The notes under the pieces are model-generated. The model made no database searches. It saw only the letters and a program-made list of their open reading frames with translations, and had not been told where the DNA came from. From NCBI GenBank assembly GCA_030390025.1, contig CM059432.1, positions 1,054,001-1,118,000 on the forward strand: DNA of 64,000 bases. The letters are read 5' to 3'. The stretch's first letter is position 1. Every line of letters starts with the position of its first letter. The stretch comes from Squalus acanthias. Lineage: Eukaryota. The position numbers and the translations under genes were made by a program. This document shows positions 62,211-64,000 of this stretch, one piece after another.

Positions 62211-63476
62211 AAGGATAATCATGGAAGTCAGGAGAGATTAAAAGACAAAAGGGATGATGATGCAAGGCAAAAGGAGATGGTAATGGGACAAGTTAAGAAA
62301 CAAAAGATGACTCTAGATGAGGTGTAAATGGGAATGGCAGAATCATCAATAGTGCCAAGGGATCTTTTACATCTCATCCAAAAGACAATACCTCCGACAA
62401 TGCAGCACTCCCTCAACACTGCACTGGAGTGTCAGCCTAGCTTTATGTGTGCAAGTCCCTGGAGTGGGACTTGAACCCACAACCTTCTGATTCAGAGGCG
62501 AGTGTGCTACCAACTGAGCCACAGCTGATATGGGAGAATCTGGGAAGGTTGGGAACATAGAATCATAGAATGGTTACAGCACGGAAGGCCATTCAGCCCA
62601 TCAGGCCCGTGCTGACTCTCAGCTAGTCCCCCCCACTCCCCTGCCCTTTCCCCGTAGCCCTGCAATTTTATTTCCTTCAGATATTTATCCAACTCCCGTT
62701 TGAAAGATAAGATTGAGTCTGCCTCCACCACCCTCTCAGGCAGTGAATTCCAGATCCTAACCACTCGCTGCGTAAAAAAGCTTTTCCTCATGTCGCCTTT
62801 GGTTCTTTTGCCAATCACCTTAATTCTGTGTCCTCTGGTTCTCGACCCTTCTGCCAATGGGAACAGTTTCTCTCTATCTGCTCTGTCCAGACCCCTCATG
62901 ATTTTGAACACCTCTATCAACAACAGCAACAACAACTTGTATTTATATAGCGCCTTTAACGTAGTATAACGTCCCAAGGCGCTGCACAGGAGTATTTTAA
63001 GACAAAAAATTTGACAACGAGCCACACAAGGATAAATTAGGGCAGGTGACCAAAAGCTTGGTCAAAGAGGTAGGTTTTAAGGAGCGTCTTAAAGGAGAAG
63101 AAAGAGGTAGAGAGGTTAAGGGAGGGAATTCCAGAGCTTAGGGCCCAGGCAGCTAAAGACATGGCCACCAGCGGTGGAACGATTAAAATCGGGGATGCTC
63201 AAGAGGGCAGAATTGGAGGAGCGCAGAGATCTTGGAGGTGGATTGTGGGACTGGAGGAGGTTACAGAGATAGGGATGGGGGCGAGGCCATGGAGGGATGA
63301 GAATTTTGAAATCGGCAGATTGAGTCTGCCTCATTTCCAACATTACAACTGTGACTACACTCCACAAAAGTACTTCATTGGCTGTAAAGTGCTTTGAGAC
63401 GTCCGGTGGTTGTGAAAGGCGCCATATAAATGCAAGTCTTTCTTCCTTTCTTTTCTGCACTATCAAATCTGCTCTC

Positions 63477-63923
63477 AATCTTAAATAACAACAGAAAGTG
63501 CTGGAAACACTCAGCAGGTCAGACAGCATCGAGGAGAGGAGAAACAGAGTCAACGTTTCGGGTCGAACCCTTCATCAGAACTGGAAAAGGTTAGGGAAGA
63601 GAGATTTTTAAGCAGGGGCAGGGAGGAGGGAAGGAAAGAACAAAGGGAAGGTCTGTGATAGGATGAGATTGACTGGCAAAAGGGATGATGGTGCGAGGCA
63701 AAAGGAGAGGTAATGGGACAAGTTGAGAAACAAAAGATGGCTCTAGATGATGTGTGGATGATGATGGCAGCAACATTAACAGCTACCATGTGAGAAAACA
63801 AGAGAGAAAAAAAAAGGAAGAAATACAGGGTCCAATTTGTAGTCTGAAATTGTTGAACTCAATGTTGAGTCCAGAAGGCTGTAAAGCGCCTAATAGAAAG
63901 ATGAGGTGCTGTTCCTCGAGCTG
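63477..63923 (-). mobile_element. Penelope-like element 3' fragment (end of GIY-YIG endonuclease + terminal repeat)
   Basis: QLEEQHLIFLLGALQPSGLNIEFNNF peptide, typical of the Penelope GIY-YIG C-terminus, followed by the hammerhead-bearing terminus. Confidence 0.8.
63548..63582 (-). ncRNA. Minimal hammerhead ribozyme motif (copy D)
   Basis: Minus strand AGUU-CUGAUGA-A-GGGU UCG ACCC-GAAAC-GUU-GACU. Confidence 0.7.
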
Positions 63924-64000
63924 ACATAAGTAGTAAGAGCAGGAGTCAGCCATATGGCCCCTCGAGCCTGCTCCGCCATTCAATAAGATCATGGCTGATC

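Larger units (their letters stand above)
60661..62353 (-). mobile_element. Penelope-like fragment (60661..60860 + 62226..62353) interrupted by a CR1
   Basis: Both parts align collinearly with the uninterrupted copy at 63477..63923. Confidence 0.7.

Overview
Eukaryotic vertebrate genomic DNA. The repeat landscape (CR1, L2, Deu-domain tRNA-SINEs, Penelope-like elements) suggests a cartilaginous fish, but this is inference. The window holds the last 27 coding exons (+ strand, 2342..54993) of a laminin alpha chain, most likely LAMA3. All introns are GT-AG and phase-consistent, giving 3867 nt (about 1288 aa): the end of the coiled coil plus LG1-LG5 and the stop codon. The 5' part of the gene lies upstream of the window. 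Introns and the downstream region are dense with retroelements, including one near-full-length decayed CR1 (15646..19651), many CR1/L2 fragments, SINEs, Penelope-like fragments and hAT- and Harbinger-like MITEs. Most ORF-track entries are TE remnants or repeat artefacts. The most notable observations are: (1) minimal hammerhead-ribozyme motifs in the Penelope-like fragments, including a tandem pair 317 nt apart inside a TSD-flanked insertion; (2) an RGD motif next to a furin-type RGKR site in an LG1 loop; (3) a 169-bp duplicate of the terminal exon end and 3' UTR; (4) three SINE copies whose internal hairpin has expanded into 33-bp arrays; (5) an 80-bp-arm palindrome inside a MITE. No prokaryotic genes or CRISPR arrays were found.
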